64,000 nt of DNA from Prochlorococcus sp. AG-424-E18. GTDB taxonomy: Bacteria > Cyanobacteriota > Cyanobacteriia > PCC-6307 > Cyanobiaceae. Below are positions 1 to 11,515 of the stretch, in pieces; position 1 is the stretch's first letter; each line of letters starts with the position of its first letter. The notes beneath the pieces were generated by a model that saw only the letters and a program-made list of their open reading frames with translations, was not told the origin of the DNA and did no database searches. Location: the NCBI GenBank assembly GCA_003210155.1, contig QCNC01000005.1, positions 2,017 to 66,016 on the forward strand, given 5' to 3'. Made by a program: the position numbers and the translations under genes.

Positions 1-866
1 TGGTTGTCTTCTTTTAAAGAATCAATTTTATCTTGAGTCTCAGCTTTTATTTTTTCGAGTTCAAGATCTCTCTCTTCCTTTGAGAGATCAAATTTCTTTA
101 AAACTAACTCAATCGGTTTTGTACAACTTTTCTCTAAATAAGAGGGTAATGTTTTATCTTCTTCAGGAGCAGATGGCTTAATTTGTTTTATTCCTAAATC
201 TTTTAGTAAATCTTCTTGCGATTTAATAAGTTCCGTAACCGCTTCATAACCAAAATCAACAGCTTCGATAGTATCTTGCTCAGATAACTGATTAGCACCT
301 GCCTCAATCATTACAATGCCATCAGGTGAACCTGCAATAACAATGTCTAAGTCTCCTCTCTCTATTTCTCTATAACTTGGATTTAGGATGAAATCATCTC
401 CTATTAGACCAACTCTAACAGCAGCCATTGGCCCATAAAATGGAATCTCGCCAAGTAAAGTTGCTATTGAAGCTCCAGTAACAGCTAAGACATCTGCTGG
501 AACTCTTTCATCTAAAGAAAGACAAGAAGCAACAATTTGTATTTCGTCTCTCATCCATGACGGAAAAAGTGGCCTCATTGGCCTGTCAATCAATCTTGCG
601 ATTAAAGTTGCTCTTTCAGGAGGGCGACCTTCTCTCCTCATAAAACCACCAGGAATTCTTCCTGCAGCATATAGTTTCTCCTCATAGTCACATATTAGAG
701 GTAGAAAGTCTGAAGGATCTTTTTTTGTAGTTTTTGTTGCTGTAACTAATAGAGAGGTGTCACCGCACTCAATCATTACTGATCCATTTGCTTGAGGAGC
801 GTATAGTCCTGTAGTTAGTCGTATCTCTCGTCCGTCAAACGTGATCGACTTATTTTGTCCTTCCAC
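1..866 (-). CDS. pnp: polyribonucleotide nucleotidyltransferase (5' part; runs off the window start)
   Basis: Manual translation from GTG at 866: [37 protein letters not shown]...[30 protein letters not shown], a PNPase N-terminus. Confidence 0.95.
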   Translation of the reverse strand, partial: MEGQNKSITFDGREIRLTTGLYAPQANGSVMIECGDTSLLVTATKTTKKDPSDFLPLICDYEEKLYAAGRIPGGFMRREGRPPERATLIARLIDRPMRPLFPSWMRDEIQIVASCLSLDERVPADVLAVTGASIATLLGEIPFYGPMAAVRVGLIGDDFILNPSYREIERGDLDIVIAGSPDGIVMIEAGANQLSEQDTIEAVDFGYEAVTELIKSQEDLLKDLGIKQIKPSAPEEDKTLPSYLEKSCTKPIELVLKKFDLSKEERDLELEKIKAETQDKIDSLKEDN

Positions 867-1034
867 TTTTTAAATTATAATTCTTTACATAATTTATTCT
901 TACATTTTATAGGGACATATTGAGTAAATTATTTAGATAAGCTATAAAAATTCTTAAAATTGTACCAAAAATCAATTTTAATTTGTTTAGTTATGTATTT
1001 TTAGGAAGAAATAAAGTAAAACAACTTACTTGTG

Positions 1035-1337
1035 CTACCAACTTGATTTAACTAATCCGGGAAGCTCACCATTATGAGCTCTTTGTCTTAACTGATTTCT
1101 GCAAAGACCAAAATCTCTATAGACTCCTCTTGGTTTACCTGTGGCCCAACATCTATTCCTCACTCTATTTGGGGCAGAGTTTCTAGGAAGACCCTGTATT
1201 TTTCTATGTATTTCTAATCTTTCCATTGGGTCTTTTGCAGCATTGAATTCATCTAATAGTGATTTTCTTTTTGCAGCATATTTCTGTACAAGTTTTTTGC
1301 GTTTGACTTCTCTCGCAATCATGGACTTTTTAGCCAT
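1035..1337 (-). CDS. rpsN: 30S ribosomal protein S14
   Basis: [10 protein letters not shown]...[21 protein letters not shown]...LPGLVKSSW. Confidence 0.98.
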   Translation of the reverse strand: MAKKSMIAREVKRKKLVQKYAAKRKSLLDEFNAAKDPMERLEIHRKIQGLPRNSAPNRVRNRCWATGKPRGVYRDFGLCRNQLRQRAHNGELPGLVKSSW

Positions 1338-1398
1338 TTATATAGAATTTTAAACTTTTTTTATTTTAACAGCTTGGATAACAATTTTAAAAATTTAT

Positions 1399-2478
1399 TT
1401 ACTGGTTTAATAATCTTTGTACTATTAAAAGTTGACTTGTATCCCTTATTATAAGTAGCACGCTAAGTCCAACTAAAAGAAAGAAACTTGATTGAGTAAC
1501 AACCATTTGTACCTTAACTGGTACTGGTTTCCCCCTAAAACCTTCAATTAAAGTGAAAACAAGTTGTCCGCCATCAAGTAGTGGTAAGGGTAAAGAATTA
1601 AGAACTGCTAAATTTATGGAAATTAGTGCGGCAAATAATAATATTCCTGTACCTCCTTGTTCTGATAATTGAGCACCAATTTCAACTATTTTGACTGGCC
1701 CACTTAATTGTTGAGCTGTTGAGGAGAAATTTGTAATTAATCCTTTATAACCTTGTATTGTTTTTACCAATAGCGATGAAAACTCATTATTGGTGTACTT
1801 ATATAGTTCGAATATGTTTTTTGTCTTTTTAGTTTCTTTTTTTATATTTGGTTGTAATTGAGCACCTATCGTACCCTTCCCATCAATATTTTTTGGTACC
1901 AAAGTTAAATCTTTCAGAACTCCATCTCTATCAATTGTTATCGAAATTGGCTTCTCTGGTGAATTTTGAATCTCTTTTACTAAAGCAGAAACTGCTTGAT
2001 CGCCAACTCCTAAAGTATTGCTTTCAATTTTTAAGATTTTATCCCCTGCTTGTAATCCAGCAAGAGAAGCAGATTTCTCAGGCTGAGTAGCTAAAACTAA
2101 AATACCAGGCTCGGGATCAAATGGAATTCCAATAGTAGTTACATTTACAATTAAGATGGTGTAGGCAAGAATTAAGTTAGCAAATACCCCAGCGGATATT
2201 ACAATTACTCTTTGAAAAACTGGCCTATTTTTTAAAAGATTTGGATCTTTAGGGTCAATATTATTTATTTCTTCATCAGGAAAGGAAACGAAGCCACCTA
2301 ATGGAAATGCTCTAAGTGAATAGGTTATGTTTTTATATCTTTTCTGAATTATTGATGGTCCAAAACCAATCGAAAATCCATCAACATAAATCCCTTGCAA
2401 AATTGCAGCAAGAAAATGTCCCATCTCATGAAAAAAGATGAGAAATCCCAGAACAGTAATTGAGGTTAAAACGTTCAT
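1399..2478 (-). CDS. rseP: RIP metalloprotease RseP (M50, PDZ)
   Basis: HEMGH zinc motif, PLGGFV, NSLPLPLLDGG. Confidence 0.95.
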   Translation of the reverse strand: MNVLTSITVLGFLIFFHEMGHFLAAILQGIYVDGFSIGFGPSIIQKRYKNITYSLRAFPLGGFVSFPDEEINNIDPKDPNLLKNRPVFQRVIVISAGVFANLILAYTILIVNVTTIGIPFDPEPGILVLATQPEKSASLAGLQAGDKILKIESNTLGVGDQAVSALVKEIQNSPEKPISITIDRDGVLKDLTLVPKNIDGKGTIGAQLQPNIKKETKKTKNIFELYKYTNNEFSSLLVKTIQGYKGLITNFSSTAQQLSGPVKIVEIGAQLSEQGGTGILLFAALISINLAVLNSLPLPLLDGGQLVFTLIEGFRGKPVPVKVQMVVTQSSFFLLVGLSVLLIIRDTSQLLIVQRLLNQ

Positions 2479-2487
2479 TTAATTATA

Positions 2488-3765
2488 TTAGGCAGTTTTT
2501 AAAATATTTGATCCAAAATATGGAACTAAAGCATCTGGAATTTTTACGCTCCCATCCTTTTGTTGGCCATTCTCAAGAATGGCAGCCATAGTTCTTCCAA
2601 TCGCAAGCCCACTACCATTTAAGGTATGCAGATATGTATTTTTTTTATCAATTTTTGCTCTTATTGATGATCTGCGAGCTTGAAATTCTAGACAGTTGCT
2701 ACAACTTGAAATTTCTCTGTAACATTTACTACTCGGTAGCCAGACTTCAAGATCAAAAGTTCTGCTTGAAGAAAAACCTAAGTCTCCAGTACAAATATCA
2801 ACTAATCTGTAAGGCAGATTAAGCTTTTTTAAAATACTTTCTGCATCTGTAGTGATCTTTTTATGAGCTTCAATAGATTTACTTGGATCACAAAACCAAT
2901 ATAGTTCAACTTTATTAAATTGATGAAGTCTTATTAAACCTTTGGTATCCCTTCCATAACTTCCAGCTTCTCTCCTAAAACATGGGCTATATGCAACATA
3001 TTTAAGGGGTAATAGCTTGGAATCAATAATATCATTTCTATGAAAAGCAGTGAGTGGAACTTCAGCAGTGGGAGAAAGCCATAGGTCGTCATTAGAACAC
3101 TTAAAACTTTCATTTGAAAATTTAGGTAATTGACCAGATCCGGTGAGACTTTCTGAATTCACTAAAGCAGGAGGCATTAACTCTAAATACCCATTATTAG
3201 TATGCATGTCGAGCATAAAATTAATTAATGCCCTCTCTAATCTGGCCCCATTTCCAATAAGTGTAATAAAACGACTTTTTGATATTTTAGTTGATTTGAC
3301 AGAGTCAAAAAGATTAAGACTTTCGCCTATTTCCCAGTGAGATTTAAGATTTTCTGTTACTAACGGATCTCCCCAAGTTTTTACTTGGACATTATGACTT
3401 TCATCTTTTCCAATAGGAGCATCTTTGCTAGGTAAATTTGGCAAATTAGAAATTTCAGAAAGTATATTTTTATCTAAGTTTCTTTTTTTCTCCTCAAATT
3501 CTGAAATTTTTGTTCTGTATTCATTTCCTTTTTTCTTTAAATTATTTAATTCTGGAGAATCATTGTTTTTAGATTTGCTGATTTCTTGACCGATTAATTT
3601 ACTTAACTTTTTACTCTCAGATTGGAGACTGGATATTTCTATATCAATTTCTTTTTTCTGAAGAGTTAATTCTTGTATTTGAGAAATATTAAAAACTTTT
3701 CCTCTTAGGGATAAACTCTCTTCAACTGAAGTTGGATTTTCTCTTATTAATTTTTGATCTAACAC
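2488..3765 (-). CDS. serS: serine--tRNA ligase
   Basis: N-terminal coiled coil, [40 protein letters not shown]. Confidence 0.98.
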   Translation of the reverse strand: MLDQKLIRENPTSVEESLSLRGKVFNISQIQELTLQKKEIDIEISSLQSESKKLSKLIGQEISKSKNNDSPELNNLKKKGNEYRTKISEFEEKKRNLDKNILSEISNLPNLPSKDAPIGKDESHNVQVKTWGDPLVTENLKSHWEIGESLNLFDSVKSTKISKSRFITLIGNGARLERALINFMLDMHTNNGYLELMPPALVNSESLTGSGQLPKFSNESFKCSNDDLWLSPTAEVPLTAFHRNDIIDSKLLPLKYVAYSPCFRREAGSYGRDTKGLIRLHQFNKVELYWFCDPSKSIEAHKKITTDAESILKKLNLPYRLVDICTGDLGFSSSRTFDLEVWLPSSKCYREISSCSNCLEFQARRSSIRAKIDKKNTYLHTLNGSGLAIGRTMAAILENGQQKDGSVKIPDALVPYFGSNILKTA

Positions 3766-3887
3766 TATTTTTTTTTATACCTTAATTAAAATAATTAATC
3801 TAAATTCAATATTAGGGATTTTTGACTAAAAATTAACTAAATTAATGATTCCTAACTTATGGAGTTTTTAAAAACAAAAATTTTTAA

Positions 3888-5354
3888 CTACGATGCAGAT
3901 CGAGCTCGCCCTGTAGATGACCATTCTTTTAGTAAATTTATTTGCTCCTTAGCCGTTCTGGATAAGGGAACTAATTCAGAAACTGCCTTTATTAAATCTT
4001 TCTCCATAAGTTCTCTATTTTCAGCAAATGAAATATGCATCCCCTCTATTACTGCTTGTTCAAGTTCTGCGCCTGAGAACCCATCTGTTCTGTCTATGAT
4101 AGTGGAAAGAGGAAAACTGTAACTTGGCCTTCTTCTTTTTAAATGCAAATCCAGAATACTTAATCTTTCTTCAGAATTTGGTAAATCAAGAAAAAATATT
4201 TCATCAAATCTACCTTTCCTTAATAATTCAGCAGGAAGCTTATCTATGGCATTAGCAGTAGCTATGACAAATACGGCGGATTCTTTTTCAGCCATCCAAG
4301 TTAGTAAACTTGCCAAAACCCTTTGACTGGTCCCTCCATCACTTCTAGCGTCGCCACCAAAGCCCTTGTCAATTTCATCAATCCAGAGAATACAAGGAGA
4401 CATAGCCTCAGCTCTAGATATTGTTTCTCTTGTTCTTGCCTCGCTTGAACCAACAAGGCTAGAAAATAGTCTTCCAACATCTAATCTAAGCAGCGGCATC
4501 GACCAACTCTTGGAAATTGATTTTGCGGTGAGCGATTTCCCTGTACCTTGCGCTCCAACGAGTAAAACTCCCTTGGGAATAGGTAATCCATAGTCTCTAG
4601 CTTCTTTGGAAAAGGCCCTATATCTTTGATTAAGCCAAACTTTTAAAACATTTAAACCACCAATATCATCTTGACTTGATTTGGCTTCGAAAAATTCTAA
4701 AATTTCACTTCTCGCGATTACTTGTTTTTTCTCTTCAAGAATATCTTTAATATCCTCTTTACTTATTTTCCCTCTTTGAGCAAGGGCCTTTGCAGTGACT
4801 TGCTTTACTTTTGTTTCTGTAAGTCCACTTGAAGCTATAGAAAGTTCGTTTAAGTCTTGCTCTTCTAGATTCGAATTGGTGTTGATTGCAATTTTTTTTA
4901 TTAGATTTTTCAATTCTTTTTGATCAGGTAAAGGTAAGTTTACAATTGCCATTAATTCATCCAACTCTTCTGATGATGGAAATAAATGAGAACTAATAAT
5001 TAAATTATGATTAGTTTTTTTAAGCGCTGAAGATAGTTCTTTAATAGTTCTATTGATAGATGGATCATCATAAAATTTATGAAAATCTTTAACTAATAAA
5101 ACTGTTGAATATTCAGAACTTTGTTCTTTAAGCCAATTAAGTACTCCCAACGGATTGTTCGGAAATTTACCTTCCTCATTTATTAGTCCTTTTATACCAC
5201 TAACACAATCCCAGGAAACAAATCTCTTTATATTTAGTTTTTCACAAGAGAAATTAACTAATTTTTCTAATCTTTCCTCTTCTTTAGTCCTGATCCAAAT
5301 TAATGAGGTTCTTGATTTAATCAGTAATTCTAAATTTTTACACCAAGAATTCAT
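3888..5354 (-). CDS. ycf46: Ycf46-family AAA+ ATPase
   Basis: Walker A GAQGTGKS, Walker B ILWIDEIDK, LLRKGRFDEIFF. Confidence 0.85.
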   Translation of the reverse strand: MNSWCKNLELLIKSRTSLIWIRTKEEERLEKLVNFSCEKLNIKRFVSWDCVSGIKGLINEEGKFPNNPLGVLNWLKEQSSEYSTVLLVKDFHKFYDDPSINRTIKELSSALKKTNHNLIISSHLFPSSEELDELMAIVNLPLPDQKELKNLIKKIAINTNSNLEEQDLNELSIASSGLTETKVKQVTAKALAQRGKISKEDIKDILEEKKQVIARSEILEFFEAKSSQDDIGGLNVLKVWLNQRYRAFSKEARDYGLPIPKGVLLVGAQGTGKSLTAKSISKSWSMPLLRLDVGRLFSSLVGSSEARTRETISRAEAMSPCILWIDEIDKGFGGDARSDGGTSQRVLASLLTWMAEKESAVFVIATANAIDKLPAELLRKGRFDEIFFLDLPNSEERLSILDLHLKRRRPSYSFPLSTIIDRTDGFSGAELEQAVIEGMHISFAENRELMEKDLIKAVSELVPLSRTAKEQINLLKEWSSTGRARSAS

Positions 5355-5369
5355 TATTTAAGATAAAGA

Positions 5370-6512
5370 CTATTTTTTACTGTTGGGCTCGAAAGGTAAT
5401 CTTTTATCTGAGATAGTTGAAGCAGAAGTTGTTATTACTTCATTTTTTGCCAATAATTGTTGATCCAAAATTTTCTGTAAATTCTCTGGAAGAGCTTCTT
5501 TATTAAGAAGAAAAGTCTGAAATGCCTGGAAAATATTAGCCACAACCATATATAGTAAAACCCCAGCAGGTAGTGGGAAAAACAGAAACATTCCAGTTAT
5601 CATAACTGGTGTAATTTTGTTTGCTGTTGATTGCTGTGGATTCGCAGGCATCCCTTGGCTTGATAAAACTTGGGAGAGTAGTAAAGTTAGTCCAAAGGCA
5701 CCAACTAATGCAGCAATATCCCAATTAATTGCCCCATCTACATAAAAACCAACTTGGCCAAGAGCTTTAATAAATAAAAAACCACTTTTAGCAGCTAGAC
5801 CAGGGATTTTCGCCTCGATTGTTGCATCACCCGGCTTAATTGCTGTTACTGTACCGTCTTGAGAAACTTTAAGGTTTTCGGATCCTTTAGAAACCTTCCA
5901 AGTGGGGAGGAATTTAGATCCGTTGTCGTATTTAGATAAAACTTCCGTATAGCTATTGCCATTAGTTGTTTGTAGATTTACTTTTATGGATTCTTCTGTT
6001 CCTAATTTTGTTCCACTAGGGATGGTGGCTATTACAGGGAAATGTGATTTTTCTGTAATGAATATAGAGTGTCTAGGCGATTTATAAGGTTTTGGATCAA
6101 TGGCTGCTACCTGATCCTGTGGAACTACCTTGAGATTTATGTTGTAGGGTACATCAGCGAATGGAGAACCTCTTAAGGTTGCAAACAATGCAAATAAAAC
6201 TGGCATTTGGACAATCAAGGGAAGGCAACCTGCGAGTGGACTGCCAAATTCATTCATTAATTTTCCAAGTTCTTCTTGCTGTTTCTTTGGATCACCTGAA
6301 AACTTAGATTTTATTTCTGCTTGCCTTTTTTGCATTACTGGTTGGGCAATCTTCATCCTCCTTGCGCTTCTAATGGAACCAGCGCTTAAAGGGAAAAGTG
6401 CAATTCTAATTACGACTGTCAATGCAACAATCGCTAAACCATAACTCGGAACTAAACCGTAGAAAAAATCTAGGATCGGGATAAGTAGTTTTTCAGAAAT
6501 GAACCCTATCAC
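5370..6512 (-). CDS. yidC: membrane protein insertase YidC
   Basis: [26 protein letters not shown]; rpmH-rnpA-yidC synteny. Confidence 0.95.
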   Translation of the reverse strand: MIGFISEKLLIPILDFFYGLVPSYGLAIVALTVVIRIALFPLSAGSIRSARRMKIAQPVMQKRQAEIKSKFSGDPKKQQEELGKLMNEFGSPLAGCLPLIVQMPVLFALFATLRGSPFADVPYNINLKVVPQDQVAAIDPKPYKSPRHSIFITEKSHFPVIATIPSGTKLGTEESIKVNLQTTNGNSYTEVLSKYDNGSKFLPTWKVSKGSENLKVSQDGTVTAIKPGDATIEAKIPGLAAKSGFLFIKALGQVGFYVDGAINWDIAALVGAFGLTLLLSQVLSSQGMPANPQQSTANKITPVMITGMFLFFPLPAGVLLYMVVANIFQAFQTFLLNKEALPENLQKILDQQLLAKNEVITTSASTISDKRLPFEPNSKK

Positions 6513-6584
6513 GATATTAAAGAGAATGTAATTTTAATAGACATTTTATTTTACAGGAAAAAGAGGTTTTTGTAATTAATTTAT

Positions 6585-6998
6585 TTAGGGTTTAGTAGCA
6601 AATCCCTCTACCTCGTTGAGATTTGGGATTTGTGATTTTTTATTTATATTTTCTTCAATAAATTTTTGCTTTTCTCTGAATAGAGGTAATGATTTCATTT
6701 CAACCTTTGATCCATCGTTTAAGATAAGGACCATATCACCATATGAACCGAATCCTCTTGGGATAGATCTGATTTCTTCAATGTTACTTAATGAGACTTG
6801 TGTTTTATTTTTACCAAACCATCCACCATCTATTGTAATTCTTTTGTTTGTAATTTTATATCTCAACCACAAGGCTCTTACTATTGCGGCAAAGGTAAAT
6901 GGCAAACCAAGTATAGTTATCCCTGCTAGTAAATTTATTATTAAATCACTTTTAGCAGGACCACCTTCATAAAAGGTTTCTTCATTCATGTTAATCAT
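6585..6998 (-). CDS. bPH (PH-domain) membrane protein
   Basis: YKITNKRI...GFGSYGDMV; lies between rnpA and yidC as usual in cyanobacteria. Confidence 0.8.
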   Translation of the reverse strand: MINMNEETFYEGGPAKSDLIINLLAGITILGLPFTFAAIVRALWLRYKITNKRITIDGGWFGKNKTQVSLSNIEEIRSIPRGFGSYGDMVLILNDGSKVEMKSLPLFREKQKFIEENINKKSQIPNLNEVEGFATKP

Positions 6999-7381
6999 TT
7001 GATTAGACGAGATTTGAACATTAAGTTTTGAAATTCCTCCAAAAGTCTACTTTTATCATTGCAGAAATCTCCAAATTTAAGGTTAACAAGTAACCAATAA
7101 GGTTTGTGGTTATTAATTTTTTGAATGTTTATTAGTAACCACTCTTGTAGAATTCTTCTTAGTTTATTTCTTTCTACAGCTTTTTTTGAAACTTTTTTGC
7201 TAATGGCAATTGCAACCCTAAAATTGTTTGAGGTATTTGTTAATTTATGGGTTAAAAGTACTGCTCTATTTGGTCTTGCAACTTTAAATGTCATTAATTT
7301 TCCATGATATGTTATGGAATTTTTGTGAATATAATTAAAAGTCCTGTGACCCTTTAAACGCATATCCTTGGGTAAGGCCAT
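6995..7381 (-). CDS. rnpA: ribonuclease P protein component
   Basis: MALPKDMRLK, ISKKVSKKAVERNKLRR motif. Confidence 0.95.
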   Translation of the reverse strand: MALPKDMRLKGHRTFNYIHKNSITYHGKLMTFKVARPNRAVLLTHKLTNTSNNFRVAIAISKKVSKKAVERNKLRRILQEWLLINIQKINNHKPYWLLVNLKFGDFCNDKSRLLEEFQNLMFKSRLIK

Positions 7382-7393
7382 TTAAATTTGAAG

Positions 7394-7531
7394 TTATACA
7401 GCTATTCTTTCTCTGCCTTTTTGTCTTCTACTTTTAATAACTCTTCTACCAGTATGAGAACGCATTCTTACTCTAAAACCAGATACACGTTTTCTTTTTC
7501 TTGAAGTTCCGCCAAAAGTTCTTTTAGTCAT
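7394..7531 (-). CDS. rpmH: 50S ribosomal protein L34 (not in ORF track)
   Basis: Manual translation [45 protein letters not shown]. Confidence 0.97.
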
Positions 7532-7561
7532 TTGTTTAATTATCCTTATTTAATTTATCAT

Positions 7562-8140
7562 TTAATCGATCACTATAGTCCAGCTTCCTATATAACTTGA
7601 AAATGATTTCCCTTTAGGTTGCCCAAATGAATGAAATTGATATAGACCTGATTTTTTTGGATTAAAGATTTTGAAGACAATGGCATAACTGTCTTTGTTA
7701 GATGGAATCGGGCTGTAGGGGTAAATATCTAGTGAACGTAAGCCTGATTCATCAGTCTTGATTTCGAAATCAGCTGGAATGTCTTCCAGACATTTAGTTC
7801 TGCTCTCAAAACCACCTATTTTTACCTTGCAAAAACTAATTTTTTCATTACTAAGAGTGGATTTAAATGTCTTAGGAATTGCTAGATTAATTTTTAAGAG
7901 ATCAGTTCTTCTATCGGATGGCCTCAAGAAAAAATAAATTGTATTTCTAAATCTCTTTTTATTCTCTTTTTGAAACCACTTTAATCTTCTATAACTATCG
8001 TCTTGATCCCACTGGAATTCCAAGCCCGCATTGGCATCCTTGATGTTATTAAAAAAAGGAGTTAAAACTAAAATTGTGGGGATAATAAAAAATCTTAAAA
8101 TTTTAAGATTTTTAGTATGTTTATTTGTGATTTTTAACAT
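7562..8140 (-). CDS. DUF2808-like cyanobacterial exported protein
   Basis: Signal-peptide-like N-terminus; NPKKSGLYQF...YIGSW C-terminus. Confidence 0.7.
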   Translation of the reverse strand: MLKITNKHTKNLKILRFFIIPTILVLTPFFNNIKDANAGLEFQWDQDDSYRRLKWFQKENKKRFRNTIYFFLRPSDRRTDLLKINLAIPKTFKSTLSNEKISFCKVKIGGFESRTKCLEDIPADFEIKTDESGLRSLDIYPYSPIPSNKDSYAIVFKIFNPKKSGLYQFHSFGQPKGKSFSSYIGSWTIVID

Positions 8141-8210
8141 TAAGGGAATGGAATTTAAGGGTTGAGTTCGTGCTTTTCAAATTTAAAGCAGAAAAATAAT
8201 TTCACTAAGG

Positions 8211-8594
8211 TTAACATCTATCTGTCCTTAATTTTGCAGCACCCTTTAAATAAGGGTGCTTTATTGCATAATTTGGTGGCAATAAAACTTGAGCCATTAT
8301 TCTTATACAAAAATCAACATCATTGGATACGTGCATCTGTTGGCAGTCTAAAAAAGCAACTGAATCAAGTCCATTAAATTTCCTTGCAATTGAAGCTGGG
8401 AAGCATGCATTTAAATCTTTTGTTGCTGTGAATGTAATTGATAGTATGTTCGTCTTAATTAGATTGTTTCGTGAAATTAATTCATCAATTAATTCCACTA
8501 CGGCAACTTCTATTTCTTTAACAGAATTCCCAGATGCTGTTGTTGCTCCACGAATAAATGTAATTTTATAATCATCTTTCATTTTTTCATTCAT
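8211..8594 (-). CDS. aroH: chorismate mutase AroH
   Basis: IRGATT, FTATKDLNACFPASIAR, CIRIM, YLKGAAKLR. Confidence 0.93.
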   Translation of the reverse strand: MNEKMKDDYKITFIRGATTASGNSVKEIEVAVVELIDELISRNNLIKTNILSITFTATKDLNACFPASIARKFNGLDSVAFLDCQQMHVSNDVDFCIRIMAQVLLPPNYAIKHPYLKGAAKLRTDRC

Positions 8595-8600
8595 ATCGAT

Positions 8601-9410
8601 TTAGGGCTTGTATAACCAAAGTACTTTATTAGATGAGTCAAACTCAAAAAAGATATTATTGATAATTTTCTCAATCATTCTACTTCCAGGAATTAGTCCA
8701 AGTATTTTTTTCTTCTTCTTCCCAAATGTTAAGGGCTGAATTTTAGGATCAATATTAACCATTTCTGCAGCTAGCTCCCTTGCAACAAATTCATCTCCAA
8801 CTTTATCGACAAGACCAAGTTCGAGTGCTTGTGTTCCAGTGAAAATTCTTCCATCAGCAAATTTTCTTACTTCTTCAACAGGTAGATTCCTTCCTTCAGC
8901 AACAGCTTCAGTAAATTGTTTATAACTTTCATCTATAAGCCCTTGGAGTAGACCTCTCCCTTCCTCACTTAGAGGTTTATCTGGAGAAAGTATGTCTTTA
9001 AAAACACCGCTTTTAACAGTCTCAAATTTAATGCCGATTTTATCTAATAATTCAGATAAATTATTTCCTCTTATAATCACACCAATAGATCCTGTAATTG
9101 TACCTGGATTAGCAACTATTTTGTCAGATGCAACACCAATGTAAACGCCTCCTGAGGCTGAGATGTTCCCAAAACTAGCAATGACTTTACATCCTTTATC
9201 TTTTAGTCTTTTAATAGCAGAGTATATTTCTTGGCTATCCCCAACAGTACCCCCTGGAGAATCAATTCTCACAATTAAAGCAGGAAATTCTCTATCCTCA
9301 ATTTGTTTAAGAGCTTTAAGGACTGAAACTCTTGTTGAACTTGTAATAGGCTCATCAATTACTATACGAGCTATTCTTTTTTTTGACTTTCGTCTAAAAG
9401 GCCAAATCAT
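8601..9410 (-). CDS. sppA: signal peptide peptidase SppA (S49)
   Basis: RIDSPGG, ASGGVY, TGSIGV, DGRIFTG. Confidence 0.93.
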   Translation of the reverse strand: MIWPFRRKSKKRIARIVIDEPITSSTRVSVLKALKQIEDREFPALIVRIDSPGGTVGDSQEIYSAIKRLKDKGCKVIASFGNISASGGVYIGVASDKIVANPGTITGSIGVIIRGNNLSELLDKIGIKFETVKSGVFKDILSPDKPLSEEGRGLLQGLIDESYKQFTEAVAEGRNLPVEEVRKFADGRIFTGTQALELGLVDKVGDEFVARELAAEMVNIDPKIQPLTFGKKKKKILGLIPGSRMIEKIINNIFFEFDSSNKVLWLYKP

Positions 9411-9462
9411 TCTTTTAAGGTAAATTCATAAAACTACTTTAAAAAGATTATCAGCAGACCTA

Positions 9463-10404
9463 ATGAATTCAATCCTAAATTGGTTTTTAATGATACTCCC
9501 TTTTGCACTTTGGGGTACTTCAATGGCGGCAATGACTCCTTTAGTATCTAGTGCTGGGCCAGAGTTTGTGGCTTCTCTAAGATTACTTCCTGCAGGGATT
9601 CTTGTTCTAATAACAACATATTTGTTTAAAAGAGATTTGAAAATTTATAAGTGCGATTTGAAGTGGTTTTTTGTTTTTACGATAATTGATGCCACTTTTT
9701 TTCAGTTTTTTTTAACTTATGGTATTGAAAAAACTGGGGCAGGTTTAGGTTCTGTCTTAATTGATTCTCAACCGCTTTTGGTAGCTATTTTAGCGAGGGC
9801 AATTTTTGGGAATTTAATTAATCCAATAGGATGGTTAGGACTACTTTTTGGCTTGGGAGGAATAGTATTTTTAGGAGTTCCACAAGAATTTTTAGGGAAT
9901 TGGTGGTTGATGTCTGATAAGTCTATAAGTGATGTTGCTTTTAACTTTGGAGAACTTTGGATGCTTGCAGCTTCTCTAGCTATGGCATTAGGAACAATTT
10001 TAATTAGATTCACTTGTACTAAAAGTGATCCAGTGGCGGTTACAGGTTGGCATATGGTTTTAGGAAGTTTGCCCTTAATTATTAAGCACTGCTTAAAATC
10101 AAATTTCACACTAATTCCAGATTGGTCAATATTTGATTGGGGACTTATGTCATTTGCAAGTATATTTGGAGGAGCAATAGCCTATGGATTGTTTTTCTAC
10201 TTTGCTAATAATAAAGAAATAACTGGATTTAGCACTCTTGCATTTTTAACACCTGTATTTGCTCTCCTCAGTGGAGGTGTTTGGTTAGATGAAAGACTCA
10301 CTATTGTGCAGTGGATAGGAGTGGTATTTGTTCTTATCTCAGTATTTTTTGTTAGCCAGAGAAAGAGTTTATGGGAAAATAAATTTTCTGATACTACTAT
10401 TTAA
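9463..10404 (+). CDS. DMT/EamA family transporter
   Basis: About 10 hydrophobic segments in two EamA-like repeats (ALWGTS..., FLTPVFA). Confidence 0.88.
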   Translation: MNSILNWFLMILPFALWGTSMAAMTPLVSSAGPEFVASLRLLPAGILVLITTYLFKRDLKIYKCDLKWFFVFTIIDATFFQFFLTYGIEKTGAGLGSVLIDSQPLLVAILARAIFGNLINPIGWLGLLFGLGGIVFLGVPQEFLGNWWLMSDKSISDVAFNFGELWMLAASLAMALGTILIRFTCTKSDPVAVTGWHMVLGSLPLIIKHCLKSNFTLIPDWSIFDWGLMSFASIFGGAIAYGLFFYFANNKEITGFSTLAFLTPVFALLSGGVWLDERLTIVQWIGVVFVLISVFFVSQRKSLWENKFSDTTI

Positions 10405-10432
10405 TTAGTTTCTTTTTGTAAAAAGTCTAATA

Positions 10433-11509
10433 ATGCGAATAGTTTTGATTAGTACTCCAATAGGGTTCTTAGGGAGTGGTAAAGGTGGTGGAGTTGAATT
10501 AACTTTAAATTCTTTAGTTTCAGGTTTAATTTCTTTAGGTCATTCTGTTGAGGTTGTAGCTCCAAAAAATTCAAAGTTACATGAAAGTAATGTAAAAGCA
10601 AAATTACATTTTGTAGAAGGTCAAGATCAAATAAGTTGGCAGCATCAAAATTATAATTCTCCAGTGAGTATCCCAGATAATTCTCTTTTAGCAGGAATGC
10701 TTGAAAAGGGATTAGATATTGCTAAACATGCAGATGTTTTGTTGAACATGTCCTATGACTGGTTGCCTATCTGGATGACTCTAAATTTAGAGATGCCCAT
10801 TGCACATATTATTAGTATGGGTTCTGAAAGTTTAGTAATTAATAATTTAATCTCTAAGGTATATGCTAAATATCCAAATAATTTTGCTTTTCATTCAAAA
10901 ATGCAAGCTAGTGATTATCCATTCATAAAAAAACCAACAATTATTGGGAATGGGTTTAATTTAGATAATTATATTTTTCAAGATTCAGTTAAGGGACCCC
11001 TGGCATGGGTTGGAAGAGTTGCTCCGGAGAAAGGTTTGGAGGATGCAGTTTATGTGGCAAATCAACTTGGCGAAAAATTAAAAGTTTGGGGACTTATAGA
11101 AGATGAGATTTATGCGTCAAAGATAGAAAAATCATTTCCTCAAGGCGCTGTGGATTGGATGGGATTTTTATCAACCGATAAATTACAAAAAGAACTTGGT
11201 AAATGCAGAGGGTTGCTAAATACTCCGAAATGGAACGAAGCATATGGGAACGTAATTGTGGAAGCTTTAGCCTGCGGGGTGCCTGTTATAGCCTATAAAA
11301 GGGGAGGACCTAGTGAAATTATTCAGCATGGCGAAACAGGTTATCTTGCTGATCCTGATGATAAAAAAAATATGCTTTCTTACGTAGAGATTATTGAAAA
11401 AATAAAGCGTCAGAAATGTAGAGAATGGGTAGAAAAAAATGCTTCCGCAGATATATTTGCTAACAAGGTTGTGAACTGGCTTAATAAGGTAATGCATGAA
11501 TATAAATAA
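10433..11509 (+). CDS. GT4 family glycosyltransferase
   Basis: GRVAPEKG, EAYGNVIVEALACGVPVI. Confidence 0.9.
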   Translation: MRIVLISTPIGFLGSGKGGGVELTLNSLVSGLISLGHSVEVVAPKNSKLHESNVKAKLHFVEGQDQISWQHQNYNSPVSIPDNSLLAGMLEKGLDIAKHADVLLNMSYDWLPIWMTLNLEMPIAHIISMGSESLVINNLISKVYAKYPNNFAFHSKMQASDYPFIKKPTIIGNGFNLDNYIFQDSVKGPLAWVGRVAPEKGLEDAVYVANQLGEKLKVWGLIEDEIYASKIEKSFPQGAVDWMGFLSTDKLQKELGKCRGLLNTPKWNEAYGNVIVEALACGVPVIAYKRGGPSEIIQHGETGYLADPDDKKNMLSYVEIIEKIKRQKCREWVEKNASADIFANKVVNWLNKVMHEYK

Positions 11510-11515
11510 TATTAA